Of a stretch of DNA of 64,000 nt, positions 14,120 to 27,884 are shown one piece after another. Source of the stretch: Marsupella aquatica (taxonomy: Eukaryota; Plantae; Marchantiophyta); NCBI GenBank assembly GCA_973895155.1, contig OZ316892.1, positions 21,143,619 through 21,207,618 on the forward strand. The letters run 5' to 3'. Positions within the stretch are counted from its first letter, which is position 1, and the number at the start of each line of letters is the position of its first letter. The translations under genes and the position numbers were made by a program. The notes under the pieces are model-generated. The model had not been told where the DNA came from, searched no databases, and saw only the letters and a program-made list of their open reading frames with translations.

Positions 14120-17100
14120 ATGCTCCTAATGACAGGAACAAACTGTAGGACGTCGTCGTGGGTGGCTTTGGTATTGTGTCTAGGATTGATTGCAGCGAGT
14201 GCGGCGGACGAGGCTGACCTGGTGACAGACCTTCCGGGACAACCGGACGGCGTTGGCTTCAACCATTATGCGGGTTACGTGACTGTTGACCCCGGAAGCC
14301 CCAAGGAGCGGGAGCTTTTCTACTGGTTCTTCGAGGCCGATCATCCAAATGCTAGCAGTCGTCCAGTTGCGCTATGGCTTCAGGGAGGTGTGTGCATTCG
14401 GCGGTGACCTTTTTCTAGCGTCTTGTTCGCTCGCTCTATATCTACCAATTAATGCGTACTTCAAGCTCTGCTTCGGCCACGCGATATTCTCGCTGTGAAA
14501 TTCCTTCGAATGGGAGCGGAAATTTCAAATTCCATTCAGAGCGCATTGTTACTGGCAAACATAAATGTCACCTTCTTAATTGCGTCACTGTCATCAATGG
14601 TAGTTCCCATGGACTTGAGCAGCTGGGTAATACTTGCATACAGTCATTTGAGCAGTGACCCAATAAAAATTTGCTGTAAATTGTAATGCGCATCGCAAGC
14701 TGTTGGAGATTGGTGATCATTCTGGAGAAGTAGGTCTTGGGTGAAATAATTAAGGATTGCCACCATCTGCCGGAGTCATAGAAGATGGGAAAAATTTGTC
14801 ATTGCTCGAAGTACGTCTGTCAACGGATGAGAGCATTTGGCTTCTTTCGTTAGTAGACACAAGAGCTGGCATTCAAGGGAAATTCCAAGCTTACCCCGAC
14901 CGGGTCCGGATGTTCCATACCTGGATGTCACATGAATCACTTGGACATGTCCACTTAGAAGCATAGCTGGAATCCCCCAAAGTAAGGAATTCGATCTATC
15001 CGCTGACACATCGTGCTGCGTTGGAATTCAGGGCCGGGATGCTCGGCCACCGGATATGGAGCACTCAGTGAAGTGGGGCCCTTCCTGATTAAGAACGGAA
15101 ACCTCGTCGCCAACCAGTACTCTTGGAATAAAGGTAAGAGGGCTTTTTACTTTCCGTATCGCTTTGAAGAGTAATGAAGACAGTGAGAAACTTTGCCGAT
15201 TGCTCGAATCATTTGGCAATGTTTTTTTCTGGGGAAGGTCGTTGATGTCGTCTTTATGTACAAGGGAGCCTTTTCGAAGTTTTGATAGTCAATAACAGCT
15301 TGGTGAAAACGTACACTGCAATCAAACCCTGTAGCCAGCTGAAAACGATGAAAGTCTTTCGTTTGCCTGATCGGCCAAACTGACGTTTGACTCTCCTTGT
15401 CTGCGCATGAACAGAAGTAAATTTGATCTTTGTGGACTCACCAGTCGAGGTGGGCTTTTCTTACACCAACGACAGCAGCAGCTATGAGTTCAACGACAAC
15501 AACACTGGTAAGCGCGCTGCCGCTTGCTGCGCCCTACATGTCGTGCCATGGGAAACGGACGGGAGAGAGTGAGGTAGTCAAATTTATGCTATCATCGTGA
15601 AGACAGTACCAGTACAGTCATGGTGTAGCTAGCTTTGTTTGCTTGCTTGCTGCTGTCCTTGCAAATTCCCGCCCGTCCTTTCGTGGTTCTTGTCCGGTTG
15701 ACTAACACGAATCACATATTCTGCGATCTTCGCGTGGTGTGGCTCCTGCTGCTGCCTCGGTGTACTCTCTGCGTCATGGTCAGCGCTGGATTCGTACAAG
15801 TTTCTGGTGGGCTGGTTCGAAAAGTTCCCACAGTACAGCACAAACGAGCTTTACTTACTGGGCGAAAGCTATGCAGGTACCGTCCCCTCAACCTCCCGTG
15901 GCTAGCGAAGCGATGTGTACATAGGGAGTCGTACTCGGGCTCCGTTCTCTTGTTTATTTCGCCCCCGTTACGGTCTATCCATCACAACTGCTATCCGCTC
16001 AATCGCTCAGACCAAAAATGTCGCAAGCCATGAACCGACCGACATTGCCGTAACGTCGTTCGAGGAACGATGTTGCCTCACGTTCAGAGGACGCCTTGAG
16101 AGAGTTGCCTCCCGTTCAGAGGGAGGTCACCGTACGCTCTCGTGGCTGGGAAGGTACTCGAACATTGCGGACTCTAGTTGTCCCTTAGAACTTGCCTTGC
16201 AGACCATGACCGAGGAAGGACGAACTTGGCCAAAACGTTCTCGATAGATCATTGCATCGATTGTGCTTCGGGCTCGCTGAAAGACGGAAGATTAGATTGT
16301 ATAGTTTTCTGACATCGGACATTTCCTCACGGTCGAGACGATCCGAGGAGACCTAATGGAGAAGTGGATTTTGAATCCATGGCCGCCTTTTGTCAGTGTG
16401 ACCGAAGAATTTACCCAGATTTCAGCACTAGTGGACACCTGCTGTAGCTGCCGGCGTTCATTAAGCACCACGAGACACAATTTTGGTGCCCATGGCTGAA
16501 GACATGGGCCCGGCACCAGCCTCGTAGCTCACCGCTGATTTCATTGAATTTTCCAAGCTTTTTAAACCGCGCGGCGAGCTGCAAGGAACTGGGCTTCTTC
16601 CTTTACACCTTCTTGAGAGGAGCAACCCTTATACAACATATGCTTTATTATTCATGATTCCTCGTTATGAGGAAAGAGAATGGCGATGAAGTGACACGGT
16701 GGCTTCGAAAAATGTCGATTTCTCGTTAATAACCATCTAAATCCTTCCTGACATATTTTATTTTACTTTTTAAAGATATGGTTGAAATCGTCTAATTGAA
16801 TCTCGTTGTGTACCGCTGTGGAATGCAGGACACTACGGCCCTGAGTTAGCTCTGCAAATTCTCAGCGAGAACCAGAAAAGCTCGGATTTCCAATTGAATT
16901 TCAGCGGCTTTAATGTAAGGTGACCTCAAAGTTGTGTCATTAATTAGAAGGGTCCATCCGGGCTAAAAAGCTATTTAGTGTCGTTGCACTGAACATCTGA
17001 AAGCGATGAATGCATCAATTGCAGCATTCTGAAACTAGCTTTTCCCATTTTTTCTCTACTTGCAGCTGGGCAACCCGTGGACGGATTCCTACTTGGACAA

Positions 17101-18558
17101 CTCAGGCACGTTGCAATGGTATCTCTCCCACTCGCTGATCTCAGAAGAGACTTTCAACCTCGCGCTCTCAAATTGCAACCTGACGTCCTCATATTACATT
17201 GGAGATGTGGGGAACGCAGCGTGCAAAGAGGCAGAAACAGAGATCTTCAATGTAGACCTGAGAGAACTAGATATTGACAATGTATACGAAAATACATGCA
17301 ATATCGAAAACACCACAATCAGCAGCACTATGCTGTTTAACGTAAGTTATAGCCATTAACTCAAGGACCGACTAGCGCGTGACGAAGTCTCCTTCGATTG
17401 TAATTTTGGGGGGACTAGTGTCGTTGCCCTGACTACTTGGATGGATTGTCTATCGGGAAACCAGAATATCGGATGTCATTTTTCTTTGAGCGTGGCTACA
17501 TGGTCTTGCAAGTGTGTCCCGAGATCTTGTTCAAGTTGAGTGGCCTGTGTAATTGACCTTTGACTGTGGTAGTTCTTGTGGTGCGTAACTGCAAAGCATT
17601 TTGGTCTGACTTCCGTTTGAAATCAGCAGAGAATGCCATCAAAACGCCAGAGGTTGACTTCCTCTTGGCACCACGGACAAAATGCCTGCGCGCCAGATGG
17701 AGTTTTCAAGTATCTCAACACTCCAGAAGTACAGAAGGCCCTGCATGTTCCAACTTATGTGAACTGGACATATTGCAAGTAAGATTTGCTTTGAGCAGAC
17801 GTGTGGAGACTAGGAAATCGAAATTATACAGGAAAGCATCTTACATTATTGTGTTAAAAGCCATTCAGTTTCAAGTTCAATTTTAACCATAGTGCCAACT
17901 ACTGACTCTGTTCGATTGGGCTTGAAACAGCAATACGGTAGGATATCTATATAGTCATGTGGATTCGGTCGCCAGCATGTTGCCTGTGTATCGACAATTA
18001 CTGAAGACTGGCATCAAGATGTGGATCTACAGGTGAGAGAGCTAAACTATACTTACTCGTTGGGGAGCAAACAAGTAATGTATTGTTTCCTCCTCAGCAT
18101 TCAGAAACTGTTAGCTGATGTATGGCTAAGGGGAATCTCGGTCTTTGAACTGCTCTTCTTTTTATACACCCTAGACTGTTGTCAATAGACCACAAGTGAA
18201 AGGATCTCACAGGATGTTCGATTGACACCCTTTCAGTTGTAATCCAGACTGACCTCACTTATATTTGTTCTCGTGATAATGCCGCAGTGGGGATTGGGAT
18301 GGAAACGTACCAACTACAGGCACAAGAGCTTGGATCAAGAGCCTAGAGCTCCCAATCGTCATGAAATGGCGTCCATGGGATTACTTATCCCAGGTCGGAG
18401 GGTGGACACAGGTGTACAAAGGATTGACCTTCACGACAGTAAGAGGGGCTGGGCATATGGTCCCCACCGACCAACCCGGAAAAGCATTAGAAGTCCTCCG
18501 AAGCTTTTTGACCGGGGAACCCCTTCCCATGTTCCATCTAATCTCGAACCGTAGATAG
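14120..18558 (+). CDS. Serine carboxypeptidase-like protein (peptidase S10, clade II type), 9 exons
   Basis: Exons: 14120(or 14129)-14387, 15032-15133, 15415-15507, 15784-15876, 16829-16914, 17066-17341, 17627/17630-17778, 17931-18032, 18288-18558. N-terminal signal peptide; WLQGGPGCS; catalytic Ser (GESYAGHY), Asp (YSGDWDG) and His (GAGHMVP) all intact. Confidence 0.95.
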
Positions 18559-19849
18559 CCCAGGTCACCTGGGCATGTTCAAGTTGTCATTCTAACTTGG
18601 CATTGTACAAAATTGCATCCCAGCCATTCTAAGGCTGGCCTTAGAATACTAAAGGAGGAATCAATGGGCATTTATGCTGACGAGTCTCATATTTCAGTCA
18701 AGAGAAGTCCTCCATGATTCTGGAAGCGCAATATGAGAGTTCTCAGGAGGTGAGTCAGTGTCATTTCTGTGACTCATTTACAATAAAATTTCCACTGACC
18801 TTCCACGCCCTGCATTCGAAGGGGCTCCAATTCTGAATTAGAAGGGGAAGGTTCTTCAGGATAATTCCGCCTCTTTGGATTCTAAGGGAGACGGATCAAT
18901 GGCACTGATGTTTCACTCATCTACAGCTTTAGGCGCTACTGTAGGAGCTTGCAATGAGATGGATATAATCCGGATTAGAAGATCACACATCCGGTTTCTT
19001 GAATCTCATTTTCTCGGGCATACTTACCATCAAGTAGCCATCATTCTCGCCTAAAATCTTATTTTTATATTGCACCAGCATTACTGAAGGATTGCTTCGT
19101 TCTACCGACAGAGAACAGATGAATTAATGAGGATGTTATTAGTGTGTCACGAGTCTGGAATCATTCCCTTTTAGTACGGAAGCAATTGTGATGAGCCACA
19201 AAGGGTACACACCGATGTACACAGGCAGAGCAGGGTCATAGACTGCTTTGACGATAAGCCGAGAAGTTCCTAGTGTTTAATTGCCACACTACCAGAACCG
19301 AACTCTGTCTTGACATCTCTATATCCAAACTCTGCCTTCGTCTGGAAGGTTGGGTGATACAATGGCAATCTGCCTGGTTCTTATCAAGGTTGAAGTGAAT
19401 GACACAGCACATGCTAAGCACATCTAATTTCGGTGACATCCGTTGCCTTTCTGCTTTCTTACTGAGAGCTCCACGATCTGTTCTCCATGATCTGTTCCAC
19501 TCGCGTGGGTTCACATTCCAAGCGTCAACAACAGCCTCCTGTCTTGTGAAATGAATAACGCAAGGTCGGAACGGATGGATCTAAAGAGTGCGAGTGAGAG
19601 TGACAACAACGATGTGAGAGAGAAGGCGGCTCAGAGTCACATGACGCACATGAAAGAGGATGTATACATCTTGAATTGCCTGAATGGTGTAAGGCAATGA
19701 TGTGATCAACACGATGCAATATAATTTGAAAGGTTGGCCTGATTGGAAAGTATGGCAGAAAGTACAAAGTGCCGCAACGTTGAAAGAGACTTCAATCACT
19801 TTCCAGTCCTGTACAAGGTGGTGCATTCAATCTCAACCTCTAGATTTCG

Positions 19850-20215
19850 TGCAATCTTACACAAACTTTCTCCCTCGAGCTTCGTAATCCCTTCACAAAA
19901 TTCTTTCAAAATCTCTACTGTAGTTCCTGTAATCCTGCACAAAATTATCCCTGGAGCTTCTTCATCCATCCATAAAATTCTTTCAAGACCCTCTACTGTA
20001 CTTACTGTAATGCTGCACAAAAGTTCTTCCTCTGGAGCTTCTACTACCATCCATCCATAAAATCTTGTTGTTCTTTCTTTTGGTGACAAAATCCCTGGAG
20101 CTTCTTCTACAATCCGTAAAATTCTTTCAAGATCCTCTACTGTATTTCCTGTAATCCTGCACAAAACTTACTCCTCTGGAGCTTCGTCATCCATCCATCC
20201 ATCCATAGAATTCTA
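19850..20215. repeat. Degenerate tandem repeat (~77-bp modules)
   Basis: Recurring CTCTACTGTAxTTCCTGTAATCCTGCACAAAA, CCTGGAGCTTC and CATCCATCCATAAAATTCTTTCAAGA blocks, about 4 copies. Confidence 0.7.
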
Positions 20216-22666
20216 GTGTACTTCTCGTTCTTTCTTTTGGTGGCAACAGGGGTAGTGATTTCTGGCAAGGGATCAACAGGAAATTCCGTCACTTGGGCGG
20301 GCTGAATAGTCTCAGGATGCATGAGAAGGTTCCAAAATGAGCATACTTGGCATCAACACAAGGGACGCTAACCCAGAACCATATTTCTTCATTTGTTAGC
20401 ATTGCTCAATCAGACCTCGTTATGTGCTGACCTGTAGCAAGCAGCATTGAATGGCAGAACCCAATAGGCACCAATCAATGGGTTCTGTGTTGGCCTGAAA
20501 GCCTCATCCAAGCTCATGGGCTCACTGTTCAGGGTTATCATTAATTCACAGGTGTTCTAGCGATTGCAGGTTTGGGGTCAAATTGCCATCTGCAGTGAGT
20601 ATTTTTTACCATTTCTATGTGAAGAACGATTGTCTATGGTCATTTGCATTCTTTTGATAAAGTATCAACGTCAAATGATGATTTGGCGGTTTAGCACATT
20701 ATTTATTGAGATTCACCTTGATTGTTTTTGAAATCGGACAAAGCAAGAAGGGTGGTCACTTAGTTTGGTCAGTCATTGTGTTAAAGTCAAAGGATCCAAA
20801 GGCCCTGAGCTGAATAAGACACAAGAAAAACCACCAACATAGAGGGGTCATGATTTCAGTATGAATATGTAAGCAGTATATACTAATAATAACAAAAGAG
20901 AGAAAAGCAAGAAAAAGTTTGAAAGTGGAAGAAGTGAAAAAGGTAATAAGAAGCATTTAATGACGTACTTGGTCATGAAAAAGGACTGGATGGACCGAAG
21001 GGTTTTCTCTGGAGCCCAGATGGCACAGAATCTCTAAACAATTCCGGTAGCTGACCTCTTTTAGTTCTAACTGAAATGTGACCTGTAAACTTTTGAGGGC
21101 ATCCTTTCCAAAAACAAGTGGAACCTTAGTGCTCATGCTCAAACTAGGTACTCAGGGCCTCCTTCACAAAACTACACCCAACAATTACATTAAATCATAG
21201 AATAACATCAAATGTTTTATTATCATTATAATATGTCACAAACAAGAAGTTCTGAACTTTGATGAGAATCACAAACAAGACAAATCTTTGGCTAACCAAA
21301 GTTGTTTTTTGTGTCATTATGAGATGGTCGTGGGGGTCTCCACACATCTGAAACTGCAACAATTTCAAGTCAGGTGCACCTTAAGAAAAACATTGAATTG
21401 TCTTACCCCCACTAGTTTAGAATATTCTTGGAAGATACAGAACTTTGGTTTTACAAAAGATATGGCTCCTTATCAACCTCAACTTTTGATTTACAAGACC
21501 TTAAAGTTCTTGATCAAATTTTTGTAAGTCTTCCCTTGGAATCAGTAAAACAATCTTATGTTCTGTCGCATTATATGCCTTTATTGCAAAACTGATATCC
21601 CCAACAAGACAAGATGGTGTAACCAGTAAAATCCTTTTTTCCCTTGTAGATAAACAGTTTTGATTTTGGGTTGATGTAAAAAATTCACCGTGGATACCTT
21701 GCATGAATTGGAGTTTTTGCCATCAATTTGCTTCAATCCCTCTCTTTCTTGAACATGCTGATGTAGAGATTTACTACTCTCTGCCCCCTCGTCATACAGT
21801 TTGCTTGACTGACTCTTCATTCCAGAGAAAATGAACTCAAAAACACCACTATGCAAAGAGGTAAAGAGGTGTTTTTGAACTCTTTGCTCTCCCGCTCGTT
21901 TTAATAAATAATTATCCAATCAGATTGTCTGTGGAACGTCATTAGTCTCACCTAAGTATGTAATAACGAGCACTGAAAAGGTCATGTCAAGAGGCAATGC
22001 GCTGTGATGTCGTTCTGCTATTTTGATTGGTTGCCAAGTTTCATCAGTCTGTAAGGCAATTATGAAGATTCTAGTTGTTCAGAGCAAGGAATCTATTGTA
22101 GCTATGGTGGTCAATTTGTTGAGTCTTTTTATGGGGGATTTGAACTACATAGGCTTTTCAGGTCTCTGCTCACTAGGATGTCAGCCTTCTGGTCTTCATT
22201 GTAGGTTCTTTATTTCTGTCGTTGTTCATTTGCTGTTGTGGGGGACCCCGTGACTTGCTGGACCTTCTTGGGGCCTTTTCCCCTCCTTTCTCTCCCTTTC
22301 ATTGGGTTGTTTGCGAGTGGGATTCTGTCTCCTGGTTTGGCGTTTTTGCCTTTGGCACTCTGATTTATTTTCATAGAGGAATCACTTGAAAATGTTTTGT
22401 AAGATCAGAAGGAATCAGATGAAGCTCGTGTTGGTTGCTGGGCTAGATGTGAAGTCTAGAGTAGTGTCATATTTAAGACTTTTTCTTTGCCTTGCCTCAA
22501 ACACAAATAATCATGTTTGGTTGTTCTACTATAATTAGGTGTTCTTGTTTTTGATCAATAATGTTGATGTGGCTGCATATGCTTTTGGAAGGAGCTTTCC
22601 ATGAAAATGTAATGAACTATCTCAATAATCACAACAGTCAAGTCGTGTAATGCCTAGAACTCCAAT

Positions 22667-22987
22667 CTAGTGGGCCTCACTCCAAGGGAGGCACATATGA
22701 TGCAGAAAATTTTGGGGGACAAACACCCTTAAACATAAGTAAATGAAGTTGGGGGCTTTTTCCTCTAACTTTTTGGAATATCTTGGAATAGTCCCATATT
22801 TGATTAAAAAACCCCTATGATTCTTATAAATTCTCAATCTATATTTCATTGAATAAATATATTGAATTAGTAGTAGTAATTTTTATTGAAGTAGTGTATA
22901 TTTATATTGAATAAATAATATTTTTTAGTAATAAAATTTGAAGTTCTTACATCTAAGAGTAGCATAGGAACTTATGTGCATGATGGT
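22667..22987. mobile_element. hAT-type MITE (family A), partial copy
   Basis: Begins GGGCCTCACTCCAAGGG and shares CCCATATTTGAT(T)TAAAAAACCCCTATGATTCTTATAA and GCATGATGG with 39435-39740. No right TIR or TSD found. Confidence 0.65.
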
Positions 22988-24863
22988 AAGGTAATAGATT
23001 TTTAATTTAGAATTGATCCCGTCAAGAAATGAGTTAGTTTTGGAAAGGTACATAAAACTGATTTACTTCCTGGTCTCTCAAGGGTTAGCACACTCAAACC
23101 TACAATTTAAATCTTTAACTCACAAGTTCCTATAAAGTACTCCAGTGAACTAATAGTACTCATTTCACATAGAGTACAATAGTGCACTATAATAGCAATT
23201 CAATTTTTAATTTTTAGGCATCAATGTCATCTCAGCAATGTCATCTCATCAGTTCACCATAGGTGGCAATCTATCGTTCAAAACATAGATCTTGGTTCTA
23301 CGTTCAAAAAATTAGAACCGCATCTAAAAATAGTTCATATTTTTAAGAAATCATATTAAAAATAATAATTCTAGGGTACGATGGTCCTACAATGGGAAGT
23401 GAGTGGCAGAACCTGGAGGGTAGGTCTATTATTCACCTAGGAAAATGAAGAGTGACTTGTTAGAGGCAGGGGGCACCGCCCTTCTTACAGTGGCAGCTGT
23501 CGTCTAAGGCTTAGTTTGTCTTAGTTTCAATCCCTTCCCCCCTCGTCACCTAGCCCACAACTGAACCCTCTTGGCACAACTTGATATAGGAGCATAGGTG
23601 GTGGTGATCAGAGGTGGGGGCACGAGCTGGCTTGGATTTCAGGGAAAAGGGGGCAGTATAAAGGGGTGCTAGCTGAGTGGGCTGGCACTGGACAAGGGGA
23701 CCCGCACCATCCAGATGTGCATGCAAGGGGCAGGGTGAGTGCCAGGGCCAGAAGAAGTTTGGTGTAGCCATATAGTCCCAGGTTTGCTTGCAACGGTCTT
23801 GCATAGGCAGGGGGTGAGGGGTGAGCGTTGGGGAAGGGTGAGCTCATATTGGTTGGGGTAGGCAGTGGGGCAACAGGAGGTCAATGTGTGCAGTGTTTCA
23901 TCTACACACGGTGGTGGTCTTGACCTGCCGGGCAAAGTGTATTTTTCCTTCCATTTGTCTTGTCTAGACCCGCCTTCTGAATCTGATGGTTTGCCAAGTC
24001 AGAAGCCTATTCAATACATTCGATGGCCTGTGTTTGTTCCCTGCCTTTCAGATTTTGTATAATTATTGATCAAACCCATGATAGAGGGTGCATATAAGGA
24101 GGTCTGACCTTGCTATAGTTGTAAGGTATACATGAGACACTGACATGACTTGAAGTAAAATAAGCAAATAAAAAACTAAACAATTTTTGGGGTTTTTGCT
24201 GGACACACCTTTACTCAGGAGTGATCCAAAAGTTTTGGACACCATACAAACATTAATAATCGTGAATAAACTCAGAATGCACACTACGCCTGAAGACACT
24301 TCCCTTTTTTAAGATGGATGCCAAGATATCAATAGCACCAATAGTAAAAATCCACTCTACATGATGAGTGGGTGTACTTTTTTCTGAAAACACCTATTTG
24401 GGAGACTAATTGCAGAAACTTCACTATTACCATCTAGCTGGAGTGATTTTCAGGGTTTGTGCAATGGCACCCCCAAACACTAATTTCACAAATATCCAGA
24501 CTAAACGAGAATTTTATTCCACACATTTCTCATATGTACACTCAGAAGGCAGTGTTTGCATGCAAATGCTTATGATGTTCATATAGTACATCCATGTTTC
24601 TTTCTAGGTTCACAAAAGCACTCTAAAATTTGGTTTCCTTGTTTTTTTACAAAATATATAACTTGAAATTGGTCAGCGGCTCCTATGTCAGCTGAAATTT
24701 TGATAACTGTGCAAACCAGAGAATATTTGAAGTTGAAAGCCAAATGGACCACAACAAAACCCTCCCTTCTGCTCATATTGTACATATTACAATGGCAAGT
24801 GAAATGTGACAAGAAAATGAGATGCTTATCTTTGGAAATTCTTAGGTCTCATTATTCTCAATA

Positions 24864-25343
24864 GGGTGTCTCAAAGCATGGTTGTAACAAGGTACAAGTT
24901 GCACTAAGGACTGAGTTACGGGAACAGCCATAAAAGTTGGGGGAGGCCAAAGTAAGTTGGGTTCCGTACCCGGTTCCATAAGAATGTGCCACTGACCGAA
25001 ACCTGTAACTTTAACTCTGAGACTTTGAATTTGCGTTATCACAACATAGAGTCATCATAACATTGTGTCATCCAGGGACAGAAACAACATGCTAGTCATT
25101 GTATTATTAGAATGCTATCGTACGTGACCGCTTGTTGAGGTAATACACTTGTGCTTTTCGAACAGGGACGGGCCAAAAGCACCTACTTTTAGCGGGAGTA
25201 CCCATAACTCATCCTTTATGGCACTGGTCCATGCATATCCCCCCTGCAACCAATGGCCTGTAAAGTCTGGTCATAAGGTGTTTTATGGGCACAACTGGTG
25301 TCCCCTAACTTTTCCTTACGGCCCTGCTTAATTTGAGACACCC
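24864..25343. mobile_element. MITE with GGGTGTCTCAAA TIRs (Tc1/mariner-like, TA flanks)
   Basis: TA|GGGTGTCTCAAA at 24862 and TTTGAGACACCC|TA ending 25345; ~480 bp with no coding capacity. Superfamily assignment is inferred. Confidence 0.6.
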
Positions 25344-26079
25344 TAAAAATGTGACTATATTTGGCTCATTGAAAGGATATTTCCAAGCCACTAGTAATTA
25401 ACAAGCCTAGAAACAGCCAACTCCACTAGGTGTCAAAAGATATAAGCTCCAAAATGTTCTGAGGTGCAAAGTGTGGACAATAAATGATTGATATACTCTT
25501 TAGAAATTCATAGCTCTGTCAGTTCTTATGAAAACTAACTTTCTTAGACCAGTAGGAAAGGTCATTCCAAACCACTTCTAACTAACACAATAACAACACA
25601 TTCCAAGGCCAAAATTTGCTCTTCAAACCTGGCCACAGTAGCTTTTTGAAAATGAGAAGGGTGTCAACAAGTGAACATGGAAAGGGTGTCTCTGCTCGTC
25701 AAACCTTTTAGGAAACAAGAAAGGTGTCAACAAGTGAAGATGTAAAAGGGTGTTACGGTGCATGGGGTTGCATGGTTCAAGCCTCTGTCCATCCCCACTT
25801 CAACTTCAGGATTACTGTATATACTCAGGTTGCATGGTTCAGGCCTCGTCCATACACTATTCTAACCTTCATTTTGTTAGAAGAATGTTTTTTGAAGAAA
25901 TCCCTACTTTTGGCTGGTGTATTTTTTTGAGGAATTTAAACGTAGGGCCATGTAAAGCACTTTAAGGAAAGGAACGTTGGACAGAGTTATCAGTCAAGAT
26001 ATTCAAAACACAGGAGGAGAAAGCAGGTTGACTGGAGTAAAGTCCAGAGTCATAAATGTTTGATTTACCGTACTCCAAC

Positions 26080-27410
26080 ACTTTACAGATTACACCTGAA
26101 CTACGCTTGGCAGATTACATTACCTTATCACGTTGCTCGCTGACTAATAGGAAACAGGCGTCACGGCCAAGATCAATCGACTGCCTGTCATGCTCGTAAC
26201 ATACCAATTTGCCTTATTGCAATTTGTCATCTCAGATTATCCTTGACTGTAGCTTACACTTTACAGTAGTAAGGAATGTAGGTGCGACGGACTACTTTCA
26301 GACATATTGGTTGCCTTATCAGAAATATTGTCTTGTCTTATCAGCAGTTTGCCTTCTCAGATTACACTTGATATCATATTGCTTGCCTTCTCAGAAACAT
26401 TGCCTCATCACAGAAGAAAAGGCAGTTATGGACATTTCATTTTTGCGTTATCGCAATTTGCCTTATCTTTAGTTTTTAAGATTGGACTGGCCACAGCAAC
26501 CTTTACTGATTACACTTGATCAGCTTACACTGTACAAATTACAGTAGTAAGGGATTCAATGAGATGGAACGTCACTAGTTACTGCTATGTTGTCACCTTA
26601 TCGCAAATATTTTGTAATCAGAGAAGAGGAGCAGACATGGATTACCATTCCCATTTGGCCTTATGGCAATTTTCTAAGATTGGTTTAGTTTTTAAGATTG
26701 GACTTTACACAGCAACTGTTACTGGTCACAATTGATGAGCTCACACTTTACAGATTGCAGTAGTTGGGAAGGTAGCTGCGATGGAACGTTACTAGTTTCT
26801 ATCATGTTGTTTGCCTCATCGAATGTATTTTTGAATCCCAGAGAGGAAGCAGACATGGGTAAGAATTTCATTTTTTGCCTTATTGCAATTTTCTAAGATT
26901 GGACTTTACACAACCACCGTTACTGATGACACTTGATCAGCTTACATTTTACAGATTACGTAGCAGATGAGGTCGCTGAGATGGAACGGTACTAGCTACA
27001 CTCAATGTGGCTTGCCTTATCAGGAATATTGTCTAATCAGAGGAGAGGAAGCAGTGATTTAACATTTCATTTTTAGCCACTAAAGATATTCTAATTGATA
27101 ATATTGTCACATTTTTTTTATAATTATAAAAATGTCATTTGTATATGGATGACAAGTTCACTTATATGCTAAAATCATGACATTTCTATAAATACAAAAA
27201 AAAACAATGATAGTGACTATGTACTTAAAAGCTGCTTTGCGCCTTATGGCAATTTTCTAAGATTGGACTTTACACAGCAACCTTACTGATGACACTAGAT
27301 GAGGTTACACTTTACAGATGACCTTAGCAAGGGAGGTCGCTGGATGGAACGTTACTAGGTACTGTCATGTTGTTTGCCTTATCAAAAAAATTGTCTAATC
27401 ACAGCAGAGG
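26080..27410. repeat. Degenerate ~190-220-bp repeat array upstream of the F-box gene
   Basis: About 5-6 copies of GCCTTATxGCAATTTTCTAAGATTGGACT...CTTACACTTTACAGATT...GATGGAACGTTACTAG (e.g. ~26478, 26695, 26894, 27257), interrupted by an AT-rich block at ~27080-27235. Confidence 0.75.
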
Positions 27411-27884
27411 AGGAGGAGAAAGACATGGATTAGATTCGCTGACCACTCACTCGACAGCAGCCTGCAGAATGCTACACCACGAGAGTCAGAATGGAGAAAC
27501 CGAGAATGCGAGGGAAGAACGAAATAGCGATGGAATGAAGTTCAATGGAGTGGAGGCAGAGCGCAGTGGAGAAGCGTAGAGGAGGAGAGACGCAGAGCGA
27601 TGGAGAGGAGATGGAGAACAGGAGGTGGATGTACACGAGACCGTCATTCTGTTTCTGACTTTCCGCCCGAGCGCCATCGCCAGGCCCTCAGTCGATTGAC
27701 CGGCAATCAGCTGGACAGCAATCTCCCTGTGGGTCATTTCGATTCGCAGGTCGTAGAATAGCGGAGTAATCTGTGTGTCTCTCTCATTTCGAATCCAAAG
27801 CAAGGAAGCAAGGAGAGAGAGGGAGGGAGGCAAGCTGGCTGAGTCCTGGGGGCCGGGCAGAAGTGGAGGGGGAGGCTGCATGCG

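Noticed and set aside
20957-21142. Possible TIR-domain fragment (VHPVLFHDQVRH)
   Set aside because: Only superficial similarity to the TIR VxPVFY motif; other TIR motifs are absent.
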